Source: Syntrophales bacterium (GTDB lineage: Bacteria; Desulfobacterota; Syntrophia; Syntrophales; PHBD01). Taken from it: a DNA stretch of 64,000 nt. The position numbers and the translations under genes are program-made. The stretch spans positions 864,001 through 928,000 of the forward strand of contig OY764159.1 in assembly GCA_963668175.1 (NCBI GenBank), read 5' to 3'. How positions within the stretch are numbered: position 1 is the first letter of the stretch; each line of letters starts with the position of its first letter. Below the pieces are notes generated by a model. That model did not search any database and was not told the DNA's origin. It saw only the letters and a program-made list of their open reading frames with translations. Positions 48,249 to 62,354 of the stretch are shown here, in pieces.

Positions 48249-49208
48249 ATGCTTTTCGGTAAGTGTTTAAAAACCGGTGTTGTGCTGCTTGCCGTACTCT
48301 TTTTCAGCGCAGGCGTCCTGGAAATGGATGCCTACGCGAGGGCGGGGAGCGGAAGGTCAATGGGAAGCAGGGGGTCGCGGTCCTACAGCTCCCCCAGCCG
48401 CTCAATCACGCCTTCGCCGACCCAGCCGTCGCGCCAGGTGGCTCCACCGATGCAGCCGGCCCCGGCTCCTGCCCCGCGGCCCAGCATGTGGCGCAGTTTT
48501 GCCTACGGAGCCCTGGGCGGCATTGTCGGCGGTATGCTTTTCAGCGGCCTCAGTCACGGATTCGGCGGTGGCGGCGGTTTCGGAGGCAGCGGTATCGGCT
48601 TTATCGAGATTCTTTTGATTGGTCTGATCCTTTACGGACTCTATCGTATCTTCAGAAAGAAGAAGGAGGAGGAAGTCTACAGCGGAGGCTATGCCCGGAC
48701 AGGGACGGACCAGCCGGTCGGACAGCCGGCATATGGGGCTCAGGATCAGGGGTATCAAGACAATCAGGTCGATGCCGGCATCGGTTATATCCGGCAGATG
48801 GATCCTTCTTTTGACGAGGGACGCTTCACGGACCAGTGTACCGATCTCTTTTTCCGTGTCCAGGGGGCGTGGGCCAACAGGGACATGTCGACTGCCCGCA
48901 GCATCCTGACCGATGAGATGTACGGTATCCTGCAAGGCGAGGCCGACAAGCTCAAGGCGGAAAAGAAGTTCAACAAGCTGGACAACATCGCGGTCCGCAA
49001 CGTCGAGATTACGGAAGTGTGGCAGGAAGCGGGGAAGGATTTCATTACCGTCAAATACCTCGCCAACCTGGTGGATTATACGGTGAGCGAGTCGGGCGAC
49101 CTTTTGGAAGGCAGCAAGACCGACCCGGTCAAATTCGAAGAGTACTGGACTTATACAAGGCCGGTGGGGAATAATCCCTGGCAGCTTTCCGCCATCAACC
49201 AGCCTTGA
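48249..49208 (+). CDS. Tim44 domain membrane protein
   Basis: Signal plus ARAG.G.S.GSRGSR motif, Gly-rich TM region, and C-terminal DP.FD..F..Q.AW..FEEYW.Y.R..WQLSAI.Q. Confidence 0.9.
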   Translation: MLFGKCLKTGVVLLAVLFFSAGVLEMDAYARAGSGRSMGSRGSRSYSSPSRSITPSPTQPSRQVAPPMQPAPAPAPRPSMWRSFAYGALGGIVGGMLFSGLSHGFGGGGGFGGSGIGFIEILLIGLILYGLYRIFRKKKEEEVYSGGYARTGTDQPVGQPAYGAQDQGYQDNQVDAGIGYIRQMDPSFDEGRFTDQCTDLFFRVQGAWANRDMSTARSILTDEMYGILQGEADKLKAEKKFNKLDNIAVRNVEITEVWQEAGKDFITVKYLANLVDYTVSESGDLLEGSKTDPVKFEEYWTYTRPVGNNPWQLSAINQP

Positions 49209-49234
49209 TATAAGACCATCATAGGAGATTCGAG

Positions 49235-49267
49235 AAGGGCGGCTCTACAGGCCGCCTTTCTTTTTTT
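49235..49267 (+). terminator. Intrinsic terminator
   Basis: AAGGGCGGC / GCCGCCTTT stem plus a T-run. Confidence 0.75.
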
Positions 49268-49545
49268 GCCGGCTTTGCCGGGGATGCGTTGCATCGTCCC
49301 CGCATTTCCGGATCGGACGTTCCGTAGATATCTCCCTGCCGCGGCTCTTATCGGCATCCGATTTAAGTTGAGGATTCCTGCACGGTGCATCTTTTGGGTT
49401 TTCTGTTCCTCCGCGTCTGATGATGGTCTTCTGTTCCCGCCCGTCATTGCCGTCGTCGCACAGCGCCTTCGGTAACGATCCAAGGCAATCTCCGGAGCGT
49501 TTCGTTTACGGCGCAGAAGACATGGGATACGGCGTTTCCGGCAAT

Positions 49546-49580
49546 AAAAAAGGCGCCTCTCTTAAGAGAGAGGCGCCTTT
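49546..49580 (-). terminator. Intrinsic terminator after hppA
   Basis: AAAGGCGCCTCTCT / AGAGAGGCGCCTTT stem with a T-run on the minus strand. Confidence 0.8.
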
Positions 49581-49623
49581 GGTTAAACGAAGGTTTCTAA
49601 CCTTACCGGACCACCGATAACGG

Positions 49624-52074
<2,451 letters not shown>

Positions 52075-52665
52075 TCAAACCTCCTCATTAAAAATTTTTA
52101 TGGACTTACCATGATACTGATTCATAGCCGCCTGGATGCCAGACGACAGTAATTCCATGATAGCCATCGACGCCTCTTCTATAATATTAGGTATAAATTC
52201 CATTTCATCCTTACTGAAGAGTTCCAGCACATAGCTCTCAACCAGCCCCTTGTGCGCCGGTTTTCCAATACCCAGCCGGACACGGGTGAAATCTCCGGTG
52301 CCGCTCTGCTCGATGATAGACATCAAACCCTTATGGCCGCCGTGGCCGCCGCCTGATTTCAGACGGATCGACGGAAACGGCAGGTCCAGGTCATCATGGA
52401 CGACAATCAGATCCTGAATCCCTATCTCAAAATAGTCAATGAGCCTCTGTACCGCAAAACCGCTTAAATTCATGAATGTTTGCGGTTTAGCCAGCATGAC
52501 CGGGACAGACCCGATCTTTCCTTTGCCGTAAAAAGCGTCGAACTTCTTTTGCCCTACGGCAATATCGAACTTATCGGACAAGTGATCAATCACCAGAAAT
52601 CCGATGTTATGCCTGGTGAACCGGTATTTCGTGCCGGGGTTTCCAAGCCCGACGATAAGCTTCAT
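52075..52665 (-). CDS. pth: Peptidyl-tRNA hydrolase
   Basis: GLGNPG..TRHNIGF, KPQTFMN.SG, HDDLD and GGH.G motifs. Confidence 0.96.
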   Translation of the reverse strand: MKLIVGLGNPGTKYRFTRHNIGFLVIDHLSDKFDIAVGQKKFDAFYGKGKIGSVPVMLAKPQTFMNLSGFAVQRLIDYFEIGIQDLIVVHDDLDLPFPSIRLKSGGGHGGHKGLMSIIEQSGTGDFTRVRLGIGKPAHKGLVESYVLELFSKDEMEFIPNIIEEASMAIMELLSSGIQAAMNQYHGKSIKIFNEEV

Positions 52666-52744
52666 CTAAAACCCCCGTGAAGGCACGATTAAAAAGGACA
52701 TTTTTCTGTTCCCGTTTCCTTGGGAGGTCCCGGGGACCGGAAAA

Positions 52745-53389
52745 TTATTCCGTCACCTTCTGCTTGATGACTTCAGGTGCCTTGGGGGCCTCTCCCTCGG
52801 CTTCTTCCGCTGCCGGGGCCGCCTCTACGCGGGCGGAAATGATGGAGACGACGACGGCATCGTCGGCATCGACCACTTCGATTCCTTTGGCAACGGCTAT
52901 ATCCTTCACTTTAAGCGAGTGACCGATGTCCAGCCCGCTTATATCGATCTCGTAAAATTCCGGTACTTCCGAGGGAAGACAGGATATCTTCACCTCTCTC
53001 TTCTGGTGAAGCAGCTCGCCGCCGTTTTTGACCCCTACGGGCGTTCCCTTGAAATGCAGCGGGATATCCCATTCAATGGCCTGGTCCATTCTCACTTCGT
53101 AAAAATCGGCATGAAAGAACCGGCGGCCGAGGGGCTCCATCTGGAGTTCCTTGATAACGGAGAGTTTTTCCAGCTTCTTGCCCTGGTCTTCGATGATCAG
53201 TTTGATTAAGATATTCTCTTCCTTCTTCTTCATCAAAGCTTTGAGGTCGGCCGCACTGATCACCATGGGCATGGACTTTGACCCCGCACCGTAAAAGACG
53301 GCGGGAACGAGGCCCTGATTCCTTAACCTTCTGGCCGGTCCCTTTCCGGTTTCCTCCCGGGTCACGGCCTTTAATTCGCTGATTTCCAT
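52745..53389 (-). CDS. rplY: 50S ribosomal protein L25 / Ctc
   Basis: R..GKG.ARRLR..G.VPAV.YG, HADF and G..GVK.GG motifs. Confidence 0.95.
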   Translation of the reverse strand: MEISELKAVTREETGKGPARRLRNQGLVPAVFYGAGSKSMPMVISAADLKALMKKKEENILIKLIIEDQGKKLEKLSVIKELQMEPLGRRFFHADFYEVRMDQAIEWDIPLHFKGTPVGVKNGGELLHQKREVKISCLPSEVPEFYEIDISGLDIGHSLKVKDIAVAKGIEVVDADDAVVVSIISARVEAAPAAEEAEGEAPKAPEVIKQKVTE

Positions 53390-53407
53390 GTGTCCTCCTT
53401 AAACTGC

Positions 53408-54349
<942 letters not shown>

Positions 54350-54382
54350 CTGTTTTCCCCTTGGTGATTCTTATTCACGTAA

Positions 54383-54457
54383 TGGCTGGGGCGGGAGGAT
54401 TCGAACCTCCGTATGCAAGATCCAAATTCTTGTGTCTTACCGCTTGACGACGCCCCA
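54383..54457 (-). tRNA. tRNA-Gln (TTG)
   Basis: Minus strand TGGGGCG..CAAGA-AT TTG GA-TCTTG..GTTCGAATC..CGCCCCAGCCA, 75 nt, at the canonical ispE-prs position. Confidence 0.96.
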
Positions 54458-54485
54458 TTTCCGGTAAACGGCACGGAATTCCGGC

Positions 54486-55325
54486 TTATAACGTCGTGAC
54501 CCTGAAAATGGACCAGTCGCCGGCAATCCGAATGTTTTTTTCTGCGTCCTGTGCAGACAATGCGTCTTCAAAGATTCCAAAAACGGTCGGACCGCTTCCC
54601 GACATCAGGGCGCCCAGGGCACCGTTTTGTATGAGCAGCTCTTTGATGTTCCTCAACGAGGGATGAAGTTGCAGAGAGACCTTCTCGAGATCATTATGAA
54701 GCCCTGCTGCCAGATCATGAACCGTATAAAATCGCGGGATGCTATAATGGTTTGGTGCGTTTGTCAATCTTAAATTCAGCTTTTCGTAGACCGTCTTCGT
54801 GGACAGCTCAAAGCCCGGATTGATGAGAATGAGCCAGATTCTGGGGATGCCCTCGGCCTTCTCCAGGCGCTCTCCGATCCCGAAAGCCCAGGCAGTCGCC
54901 CCGAATATGAAGAACGGGACATCAGCCCCCAGCGTTTTCGCAATATTAATAAGGTCTTCTGTGTCGAGACCGAAATCCATCAGGTCGTTCAGTGCCATCA
55001 ATGTTGTGGCGGCGTTGGAGCTTCCTCCTCCCAGGCCGGCCGCCATGGGGATCGCTTTGCGGATCGTGATGTGAATGCCTCCGTGATAATCCATCCGGGA
55101 AAACAAGGCGCGAGCGGCCCTGTAGACAATATTCCCTTCATCTTCCGGTAAGTTGCTTCCGGGACAGCGGAGGGTTATGCCCTCGGCTGCCGGAGCAAAT
55201 TCCATTTCGTCATAAAGACTGACCGCTTGCATCAGGCTCGCAATGTCGTGATAGCCGTCTTCCCGTTTTCTTAAGACATTGAGGACGAAATTGATCTTGG
55301 CCGGGGAAAGTCTGGATAAGGTCAT
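54486..55325 (-). CDS. ispE: 4-diphosphocytidyl-2-C-methyl-D-erythritol kinase
   Basis: PAKIN, R.DGYH, IPMAAGLGGGSSNAA, LGADVPFF and MSGSG motifs; AAGGAAG RBS before ATG 55325. Confidence 0.96.
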   Translation of the reverse strand: MTLSRLSPAKINFVLNVLRKREDGYHDIASLMQAVSLYDEMEFAPAAEGITLRCPGSNLPEDEGNIVYRAARALFSRMDYHGGIHITIRKAIPMAAGLGGGSSNAATTLMALNDLMDFGLDTEDLINIAKTLGADVPFFIFGATAWAFGIGERLEKAEGIPRIWLILINPGFELSTKTVYEKLNLRLTNAPNHYSIPRFYTVHDLAAGLHNDLEKVSLQLHPSLRNIKELLIQNGALGALMSGSGPTVFGIFEDALSAQDAEKNIRIAGDWSIFRVTTL

Positions 55326-55874
55326 GAGGGATACTTCCTTGACAGGCCGTACGGAGGTTCCCTCAGCGGCAGGAGAGCCGTGCTGAAAGCAGAGCCTCAC
55401 GGGATTCTCGGATTCATCTTCCCGCTGGTATCTTCGGTATCCTCGCCCTGTCTCTTATTTTTGCCTTTCCTAACACAACTCGATGGGAAAAGCAAAGAAA
55501 GGGTGCCTCGGTCTTCTACGCTATATCGCATTAAAACTATTGATTTAAAATGGGAAATAGAAGAGGCGTCATGGAAAATGACTGCGCATCGCACATTCCG
55601 GGAGTCACGCAGGTGACGATGATGGTCTCTCTGCCAGGCGAACAATCCTTATTGCGTCTTTGCTCTGGGATGGCAGGGCGTCAATATGTGAATTATACGA
55701 GAGAGTTGAATGAAGCGGTTTTATATTCTCTTCAGGAGTCAATCGAATTCTTCCGCCGGATGTCCCGCGGGAACGGGAGACATCCGGTAATCTATTATAC
55801 AATAAATAAAGGTTTTTCTTCGCTGGCAGTTAGGTTATGAAGGCTTGTGTGGAAGAGTCAGCGGAATGATTCGG

Positions 55875-56321
55875 TTATTTCCCGGCCTTCGCTTTCTCTT
55901 TGACATAACGCATCCGCAGCTCGAAAAGCAGGTTCTGCACGAGACGCATTTCTTCGGCGTCCAGGTTGTTCTTCGTCTTTTCTTCCAACATTCCAATGAT
56001 ATCGATGGTTTGCTTGGCGGCCTCCAGGTTGACTTCCGCTTTGCCGGTTGCCGGGTCCGCAAAATCCCCGAAATGGAACATGGCACTCGTGCTCAAGGAA
56101 ATGATGAAATTGGCGAAGTTGATTTCGGGATAACCGAAGTCATCATCGGCTGTGTCGGTGTCTTTTTGTGTTTCATCCATCGCCTCCGGCTTCGCGGTTG
56201 CGGCGCCGTCTGCGTCGGCCGCCGCCCGGTCTTGCCGGTCTTCCTCCCGGCTTTCTCCTGTTTCGCTGAACATCCGCCGGTCTTTGACGACAAAGCTCTT
56301 CTCTTTCTTTTCCTCTTCCAC
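55875..56321 (-). CDS. DUF1844 domain protein
   Basis: FVVKDRR, F..FI.SL..SA..G..DP and AKQTID..ML..KT..NL..E..L.ELRM.YV; GGAGG RBS before GTG. Confidence 0.88.
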   Translation of the reverse strand: MEEEKKEKSFVVKDRRMFSETGESREEDRQDRAAADADGAATAKPEAMDETQKDTDTADDDFGYPEINFANFIISLSTSAMFHFGDFADPATGKAEVNLEAAKQTIDIIGMLEEKTKNNLDAEEMRLVQNLLFELRMRYVKEKAKAGK

Positions 56322-56387
56322 GTTAGCCCTCCTTCGTTTTCTCCATACCGGGGTACGGAACGGGTCGTGATCGAAAACGGTATGCCG

Positions 56388-57236
56388 TCAACGCGTCGGC
56401 CTCATGCTGCGAAGCCGGGCAATCCTCTCGTCAATCGGCGGATGGGTGCTGAAAAGGTTCATGAATGCCCTCGCTGTCAGCGGATTGACGATAAACATGT
56501 GGGCTGTAGAGGGATTGGCATTCATAGGCATTGCCTGCGAGGCCCGCGATAATTTTTCCAGCGCCCCGGCCAGTCCGTAGGGTTTACCAGAGATTTGCGC
56601 ACCGCCGTCATCGGCCAGATACTCCCGGGAACGGGATATGGCCATCTGGATGAGCGTTGCTGCAATGGGGGCCAGGATGGCCATGACGACCAGGCCGATC
56701 ACGCCACCGCCCTCGTCGTCGTCGCGGTTGCCTCCGCCGAAGATGGCCGCAAACTGCGCCATATGGGCCAGCATTACGATCGCGCCGGCAATGGTGGCGG
56801 CAATGGACCCGATCAGGATGTCCCTGTTTTTGATGTGGGTCAGTTCGTGGGCAAGGACGCCCTCAAGCTCATTTCTATCGAGAATTCTTAATATTCCGGC
56901 CGTGACAGCCACTACGGCATGGTGTTCGTTCCGGCCGGTGGCAAAGGCGTTCGGCGTATCCTCCGGAATGATGTATACTCTTGGCATCGGCAGATTCGCC
57001 CGTTGGGCCAGGCCGCTCACGATGCCGTACAGTTCCGGCGCCTGGTCGGGCGTCACTTCCTGGGCATTGTACATGCTGAGAACGATCTTATCCGAAAACC
57101 AGTAACTGCCGAAATTAAGTACGGTAGCGAATACGAAGGCGACAAGAACGCCTCCTTTGCCCCCGATCAGGCCCCCGATCAGCATGAGCAGACCGGTTAA
57201 AGCTCCCAACAGCAAGCCCGTCTTGATCGTATTCAT
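56388..57236 (-). CDS. htpX: Zinc metalloprotease HtpX
   Basis: [22 protein letters not shown] and FSTHP motifs. Confidence 0.96.
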   Translation of the reverse strand: MNTIKTGLLLGALTGLLMLIGGLIGGKGGVLVAFVFATVLNFGSYWFSDKIVLSMYNAQEVTPDQAPELYGIVSGLAQRANLPMPRVYIIPEDTPNAFATGRNEHHAVVAVTAGILRILDRNELEGVLAHELTHIKNRDILIGSIAATIAGAIVMLAHMAQFAAIFGGGNRDDDEGGGVIGLVVMAILAPIAATLIQMAISRSREYLADDGGAQISGKPYGLAGALEKLSRASQAMPMNANPSTAHMFIVNPLTARAFMNLFSTHPPIDERIARLRSMRPTR

Positions 57237-57362
57237 GGTATGATATCCTCCTTCGGCACATGGCCCGGCCAGGTGCCACTCTGTTTTGTGATAGTCAATC
57301 TTTCCGCCAAGGCCGCTTTCTCACGGTCATAACATACGACGGACTTCTTTTACGGCCCTGGT

Positions 57363-59966
57363 TTATTTCGACTTCTTCTTTTTCTTCGTGAAGCGGAAAT
57401 CGCCGGAATCGGCAATGTCCGCTTCGATCTGGTCGCCCTCTGTGAAGGTTCCGTCAAGGAGCTTCATGGCCAGGGGGTCCAGGATCATCTTCTGGAGCGC
57501 CCGTTTCAGCGGCCTGGCCCCATAGATAGGACTGTAGGCGTTTTTGGCTATATAATCTTTTCCTTTTTCTGTCAATTCGAGCGAAAGTTTCCGCTCCGCC
57601 AGGCGCTTACGGATCAGGTCGATCTGGATTTCGACGATCCGTTCGATGTCGCCGAGGCTGAGCGCCCGGAAACTGATGATGTCGTCGATCCTGTTCAGGA
57701 ATTCCGGTTTGAACGTCTGCCGGAGGACCTCCATGGTCCGATTGCGTTTTTCCTGCTCGTCCAGGGCTTCGTCCTGAATCCAGTGGCTTCCCACGTTGGA
57801 GGTCATGATGACGACGGTATTCTTGAAGTCGACCGTCCGTCCGTGGCCATCGGTGAGCCGGCCGTCGTCGAGGATCTGCAGCAGGATGTTGAAGACGTCG
57901 GGATGGGCTTTTTCGATTTCGTCGAACAAAAGGACGCTGTATGGCCTCCTCCGCACCGCTTCGGTCAGATATCCGCCTTCGTCGTAGCCCACGTAGCCCG
58001 GAGGGGCCCCGATCAGCCTGGCAACCGTATGTTTTTCCATGTATTCGGACATATCGACGCGGATCATGGCGTGTTCGTTATCGAACATGAACTCCGCCAG
58101 CGCCCGGGCCAGTTCCGTCTTGCCGACGCCTGTCGGTCCCAGGAAGATGAAGGAGCCGATGGGCCGGTTGGGGTCCTGCAGACCCGACCGCGCCCGTCTC
58201 AGGGCGCTGGATACGGCAGCTATCCCCTCGTCCTGACCGACGACGCGCTGCGTCAGCCGCTCTTCCATGTGGATGAGCTTCTGAACGTCGCTCTCCATCA
58301 TGCGCGTCATGGGAATTCCCGTCCAGTTGGCAACGACCTCCGCCACGTCTTCGGCGTCGACCTCTTCCTTGAGCATCTTCTGGCCCTTTTGGACCTCTTC
58401 CAGCTTGGCCTGCTCCTGCTCCATCTCCCGGTCGAGTTCCACGAGCTTGCCGTAGCGGATTTCGGCGGCTTTAGCCAGGTCGCCGCTGCGCTGGGCATTC
58501 AGTTCGTCCGTTTTGAGCTGCTCGATACGTCCCTTGATGGCCTGGATATGCTTGATGGCGTCCTTTTCGCTGCCCCAGTGGAGTTTCATCCGGTTCATCG
58601 ATTCCCGGAGTTCGGCGAGCTCCTTTTCAATCTTTTCCCGCCGTTCGGCCGTCGTCTTGTCCGTCTCGTTCTTCAAAGACTGGCGTTCGATCTCCAGCTG
58701 GAGGATCCGCCGGTCGATGACGTCGATTTCCGCCGGCATGCTGTCCAGCTCGATTCTCAGGCGGGACGCCGCTTCGTCGATCAGATCGACGGCCTTGTCC
58801 GGCAGAAAACGATCGGCGATGTAGCGGTGCGAAAGCGTTGCCGCTGCAATGATCGCCGAGTCCTTGATCCGGACGCCGTGATGGACCTCATACCGCTCTT
58901 TCAGCCCCCGAAGGATGGCGATCGTGTCCTCGACGGTCGGTTCCTTGACCAGGATGGGCTGAAAACGCCTCTCCAGGGCGGGGTCCTTCTCGATATGCTT
59001 TCGGTATTCGTTGAGGGTTGTGGCTCCTACGCACCGCAGCTCTCCTCTGGCCAGCGCCGGCTTGAGCATGTTGGAGGCGTCCACGGACCCCTCCGCCGCT
59101 CCCGCGCCGACGACGGTATGGATCTCGTCGATAAAGAGGATGATCTCCCCTTCGGCGCTCGTTACTTCCTTGAGAACGGCCTTCAGGCGCTCTTCGAATT
59201 CGCCGCGATACTTGGCCCCGGCGATGAGGGCGCCGATATCGAGGCCGATAACCGTCTTGCCTTTCAGATTTTCCGGAACGTCCCCATTGACGATCCGCTG
59301 CGCCAGCCCTTCGACGATGGCCGTCTTGCCGACGCCGGGCTCCCCGATCAGGACCGGGTTGTTCTTGGTCCTGCGGGAGAGGACCTGCATGATTCTGCGG
59401 ATCTCTTCATCCCGGCCGATGACCGGGTCGAAGGACCCCTTGCGGGCCAATTCGTTGAAGTCTTTTGCGTAACGCTTCAAGGCCTGGTACTTGTCCTCGG
59501 GATTGGGATCGGTTATGCGCTGGTTTCCTCTGAGTTCCACCAGGACCTTGAATATGCCGTCCCTGGTAATGCCGGCTTCCCGCAGGATTTGAGCCACGGC
59601 GCCTTCCTTGCTGTCGGTCATGGCGATCAGCACGTGTTCGGCGCTGACGTATTCGTCCGTCAACCTCGCGGCCTCGGCTGTGGCGTTATCCAGAATCCTG
59701 TTCAGAGTTGTCGTAATGTAGGACTGGCCGGCTCCGGGTCCTTGAACGCCGGGCATTCTCTTAACGGCATCGTTCAGCCGGTCTTCAACAAACTTCGTAT
59801 CGGCGCCCATTTTTTTTAAAATGGCGCCCACGATGCCTTCCTGCTGCTTCAGGAAGGCGATAAGCAGATGTTCGGCCTCGATGCCCTGATGGCCGTACTG
59901 ATTGGCGAGGGACTGGGCATCCTGAAGGGCTTCCTGAACTTTTAAAGTGAACTTATCGAATCTCAT
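57363..59966 (-). CDS. clpB: ATP-dependent chaperone ClpB
   Basis: Clp N-domain, GEPGVGKT, coiled-coil M domain and GPTGVGKT; 867 aa. Confidence 0.97.
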   Translation of the reverse strand: MRFDKFTLKVQEALQDAQSLANQYGHQGIEAEHLLIAFLKQQEGIVGAILKKMGADTKFVEDRLNDAVKRMPGVQGPGAGQSYITTTLNRILDNATAEAARLTDEYVSAEHVLIAMTDSKEGAVAQILREAGITRDGIFKVLVELRGNQRITDPNPEDKYQALKRYAKDFNELARKGSFDPVIGRDEEIRRIMQVLSRRTKNNPVLIGEPGVGKTAIVEGLAQRIVNGDVPENLKGKTVIGLDIGALIAGAKYRGEFEERLKAVLKEVTSAEGEIILFIDEIHTVVGAGAAEGSVDASNMLKPALARGELRCVGATTLNEYRKHIEKDPALERRFQPILVKEPTVEDTIAILRGLKERYEVHHGVRIKDSAIIAAATLSHRYIADRFLPDKAVDLIDEAASRLRIELDSMPAEIDVIDRRILQLEIERQSLKNETDKTTAERREKIEKELAELRESMNRMKLHWGSEKDAIKHIQAIKGRIEQLKTDELNAQRSGDLAKAAEIRYGKLVELDREMEQEQAKLEEVQKGQKMLKEEVDAEDVAEVVANWTGIPMTRMMESDVQKLIHMEERLTQRVVGQDEGIAAVSSALRRARSGLQDPNRPIGSFIFLGPTGVGKTELARALAEFMFDNEHAMIRVDMSEYMEKHTVARLIGAPPGYVGYDEGGYLTEAVRRRPYSVLLFDEIEKAHPDVFNILLQILDDGRLTDGHGRTVDFKNTVVIMTSNVGSHWIQDEALDEQEKRNRTMEVLRQTFKPEFLNRIDDIISFRALSLGDIERIVEIQIDLIRKRLAERKLSLELTEKGKDYIAKNAYSPIYGARPLKRALQKMILDPLAMKLLDGTFTEGDQIEADIADSGDFRFTKKKKKSK

Positions 59967-60078
59967 ATGGCCTCGTTTTAATCTTACGTATCTTTATATT
60001 AGCGTCTATATTCGGCCTATTCCATCACGCTCATGCGAGCCGGCCCCGTTCTACGGGATGTCCCAATGGATGCGCCGC

Positions 60079-60948
60079 TTAAATAATGGGTTTTTCAATG
60101 CTTACGAATATTTTTCCATTCTTAAAGACGGAGATGTTGCCCGTCGACTCGGAAAGGACCATGGCGATGGCGTTGGAGATGCTCGTTATACCGGCGGCGG
60201 CGATATGCCTGCTGCCCAGCCCCTGGGGAAAATCCTTGCTTTCCAGGGCGGCATTCAAGTGCCTGCCCGCCGTTACAATGGCCCCGTCTTCCTTGATGAC
60301 GAACGCCCCGTCGATGGCGGAGAATTCCTTGATGGTTTCCTTCAATTCCGGGTTGAGGATGTTGCGTTCCTGTTCCGTATACCCCATGAACGGATTGATG
60401 ATCATCTGCCGGGAGAGCTGCATGACCTTTTCATGGTCTCCAAGGACGAACGTCGTTCCGACCTTGCGCCCTTCCCGTCCCTGGGCGGCCAGCTCCAGAC
60501 TGATATTGAGAACGGCTCCGAACACCTCGGGATAGACGGCTTCCGTGATATCCGATATATTTTCGGACGTCAGGAATTCGAACTCTTTTCCCACATCGAG
60601 AATGAAAAGGCTGTCCACGTAGCCGAACCGGGGCACTCCGCTCAGACAGACCAGCTTGTCCCCTTTCTTGAAGAGGCCGATGGCGATTCCCTTGATGACG
60701 GCGGTCTTGATCTGTCCGATCCTGGTCAGGTTGACATTGGGAATATTCAGGACGGTCGCGGCCGATGCCAGATCAGCGGGAATCTCTTCGTTTTCCCGGG
60801 ATACGAGGACCAATTTGGTCTGATTGACGTCGCCCATGCACGTCGGCAGCTCCGACGCCAAACTTGAGTAGACCAGGATAGCGTTTGCCTGAATATCGCT
60901 CGCTATCCGGCACGCCGATTCCAGAATCACTTTGTTGATGGAACTCAT
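60079..60948 (-). CDS. Diadenylate cyclase, DacZ-like (N-terminal domain plus DisA_N/DAC domain)
   Basis: GREG..VGT.FV.GD, IDGAF and GLGSRH.AAA.IT..VLSES motifs; no TM segments. Confidence 0.85.
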   Translation of the reverse strand: MSSINKVILESACRIASDIQANAILVYSSLASELPTCMGDVNQTKLVLVSRENEEIPADLASAATVLNIPNVNLTRIGQIKTAVIKGIAIGLFKKGDKLVCLSGVPRFGYVDSLFILDVGKEFEFLTSENISDITEAVYPEVFGAVLNISLELAAQGREGRKVGTTFVLGDHEKVMQLSRQMIINPFMGYTEQERNILNPELKETIKEFSAIDGAFVIKEDGAIVTAGRHLNAALESKDFPQGLGSRHIAAAGITSISNAIAMVLSESTGNISVFKNGKIFVSIEKPII

Positions 60949-61258
60949 GAACTTTAAACCCCCTCGTCGGGAAATGGATTTTCCCGTCTCTCAGATGTTG
61001 ATATTTTCATAATTCGCTTTCTTATTCGATGATTGCATTTTCAACGCTAAGTTAAACACAGAAGGCGGGGTTGTCAAGTTGATAGCCGGGGAAATGGGCC
61101 GATCTTGCTGGGTCTGTCCGTATCGGAACCTGCCGATGGGCCGCTGTCCCTGGTTGTCATGGAGCGTGTTCGACGGACCCTATACCGATGCGCCATTTTT
61201 GCTTGCCAACGACAGGCGGGGCTGTTATATTTTCGCCTCTCAACAGGGGGTAAAAAGC

Positions 61259-62290
61259 ATGGAAATCGGAATTGTCGGTCTTCCCCAGAGCGGCAAGAGC
61301 ACATTGTTTGAGATCATGACCGGCTCGGCCAGCCGCGATGTCCATAACGAGCCGTGCCTGCGGGGGCAGGCTACGGTTCCCGATCAGCGCCTGGAGCACC
61401 TTGCGGGTATTTACAAACCGCAGAAGACGACGCCGGCGAAAATTCCCTTCGTGGATGTCAATGCCCGGGGAGAGAAAGCCTGGGAGGCCATTCGCCAGAG
61501 CCTGAGCGGGGCGGAAGGGCTGCTCCATGTGATCGACGGTTTTACGGCCCCGGACGTGCCGTCCTGCATCAGCCAGTATCAGAAACTTGAGGAAGAGCTG
61601 ATTCTCTCCGATCTGATGGTCGTCGAAAACCGTCTGCAGCGGCTGGCCAAGACAACGAAAAATGCATTAAAGCCCCAGGATATTCAACAGTCGCAAATCC
61701 TGCCGCGGGTCAAGGATCATCTCGAAGCCGGCAGGCCGATCCGGGCGTTGAACCTGACAGCCGAGGAGGCCTTTTCCCTGAAGAGCTTTTCATTCTGGAC
61801 GATTAAGCCCGAGTTGGTGGTGATCAACGAGGGCGAGGAGGAACGCACCCTGACCGGCGCGTTTCGCGAAGCAGCCCAGTTGAACTCCCCGGTAATAGGC
61901 CTATGCTGTCAGATCGAAGCGGAACTGGCGGGGCTGAAACAGGAGGAGCAGAAAGAATTCCTGGATTCCCTGGGGATCGACGAACCCGCCTTCGGCCGGG
62001 TCATCCGGGCGGCTTTCTCGCTTCTCGGACGGATCAGCTTCTTTACGGTAGGCGACGACGAGGTCAAGGCCTGGGTCATCCCGGAGGGGACGAAGGCGCC
62101 GAAGGCGGCCTCGGCCATCCACAAGGACTTCGAGCGCGGTTTCATCAAGGCCGAAGTAGCTTCCTACAGCGATTTCCTGGCCTGCGGCGATTCCATGAAC
62201 GGCGTCAAGGCGGCGGGCAAGCTGCGCCTGGAAGGCAAGGACTATATCGTCCTGGACGGCGACATCATCACCTTCCGCTTCAACGTTTAA
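61259..62290 (+). CDS. ychF: YchF-like P-loop NTPase with TGS (DUF933) domain, divergent
   Basis: GIVGLPQSGKSTLF, VPD.RL, FFTVG.DEVKAW, IH.DFERGFIKAEV and RLEGKDY motifs; start moved to ATG 61259. Confidence 0.85.
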   Translation: MEIGIVGLPQSGKSTLFEIMTGSASRDVHNEPCLRGQATVPDQRLEHLAGIYKPQKTTPAKIPFVDVNARGEKAWEAIRQSLSGAEGLLHVIDGFTAPDVPSCISQYQKLEEELILSDLMVVENRLQRLAKTTKNALKPQDIQQSQILPRVKDHLEAGRPIRALNLTAEEAFSLKSFSFWTIKPELVVINEGEEERTLTGAFREAAQLNSPVIGLCCQIEAELAGLKQEEQKEFLDSLGIDEPAFGRVIRAAFSLLGRISFFTVGDDEVKAWVIPEGTKAPKAASAIHKDFERGFIKAEVASYSDFLACGDSMNGVKAAGKLRLEGKDYIVLDGDIITFRFNV

Positions 62291-62354
62291 TGAATGACCG
62301 GGGATGTAATCCCCGGAAAATACCCACCGTAACATGTCCCCCGATTTACTGCGC

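Noticed and set aside
55397..55870. Small ORFs in the ispE upstream gap (e.g. 55550-55840)
   Set aside because: No recognisable motifs, AT-richer promoter-like sequence and conflicting overlapping frames; cannot support a gene call.
57783..59819. 678-aa antisense ORF over clpB (likewise 39341-41005 and 49864-51480)
   Set aside because: Antisense shadow ORFs caused by codon bias; no independent coding evidence.
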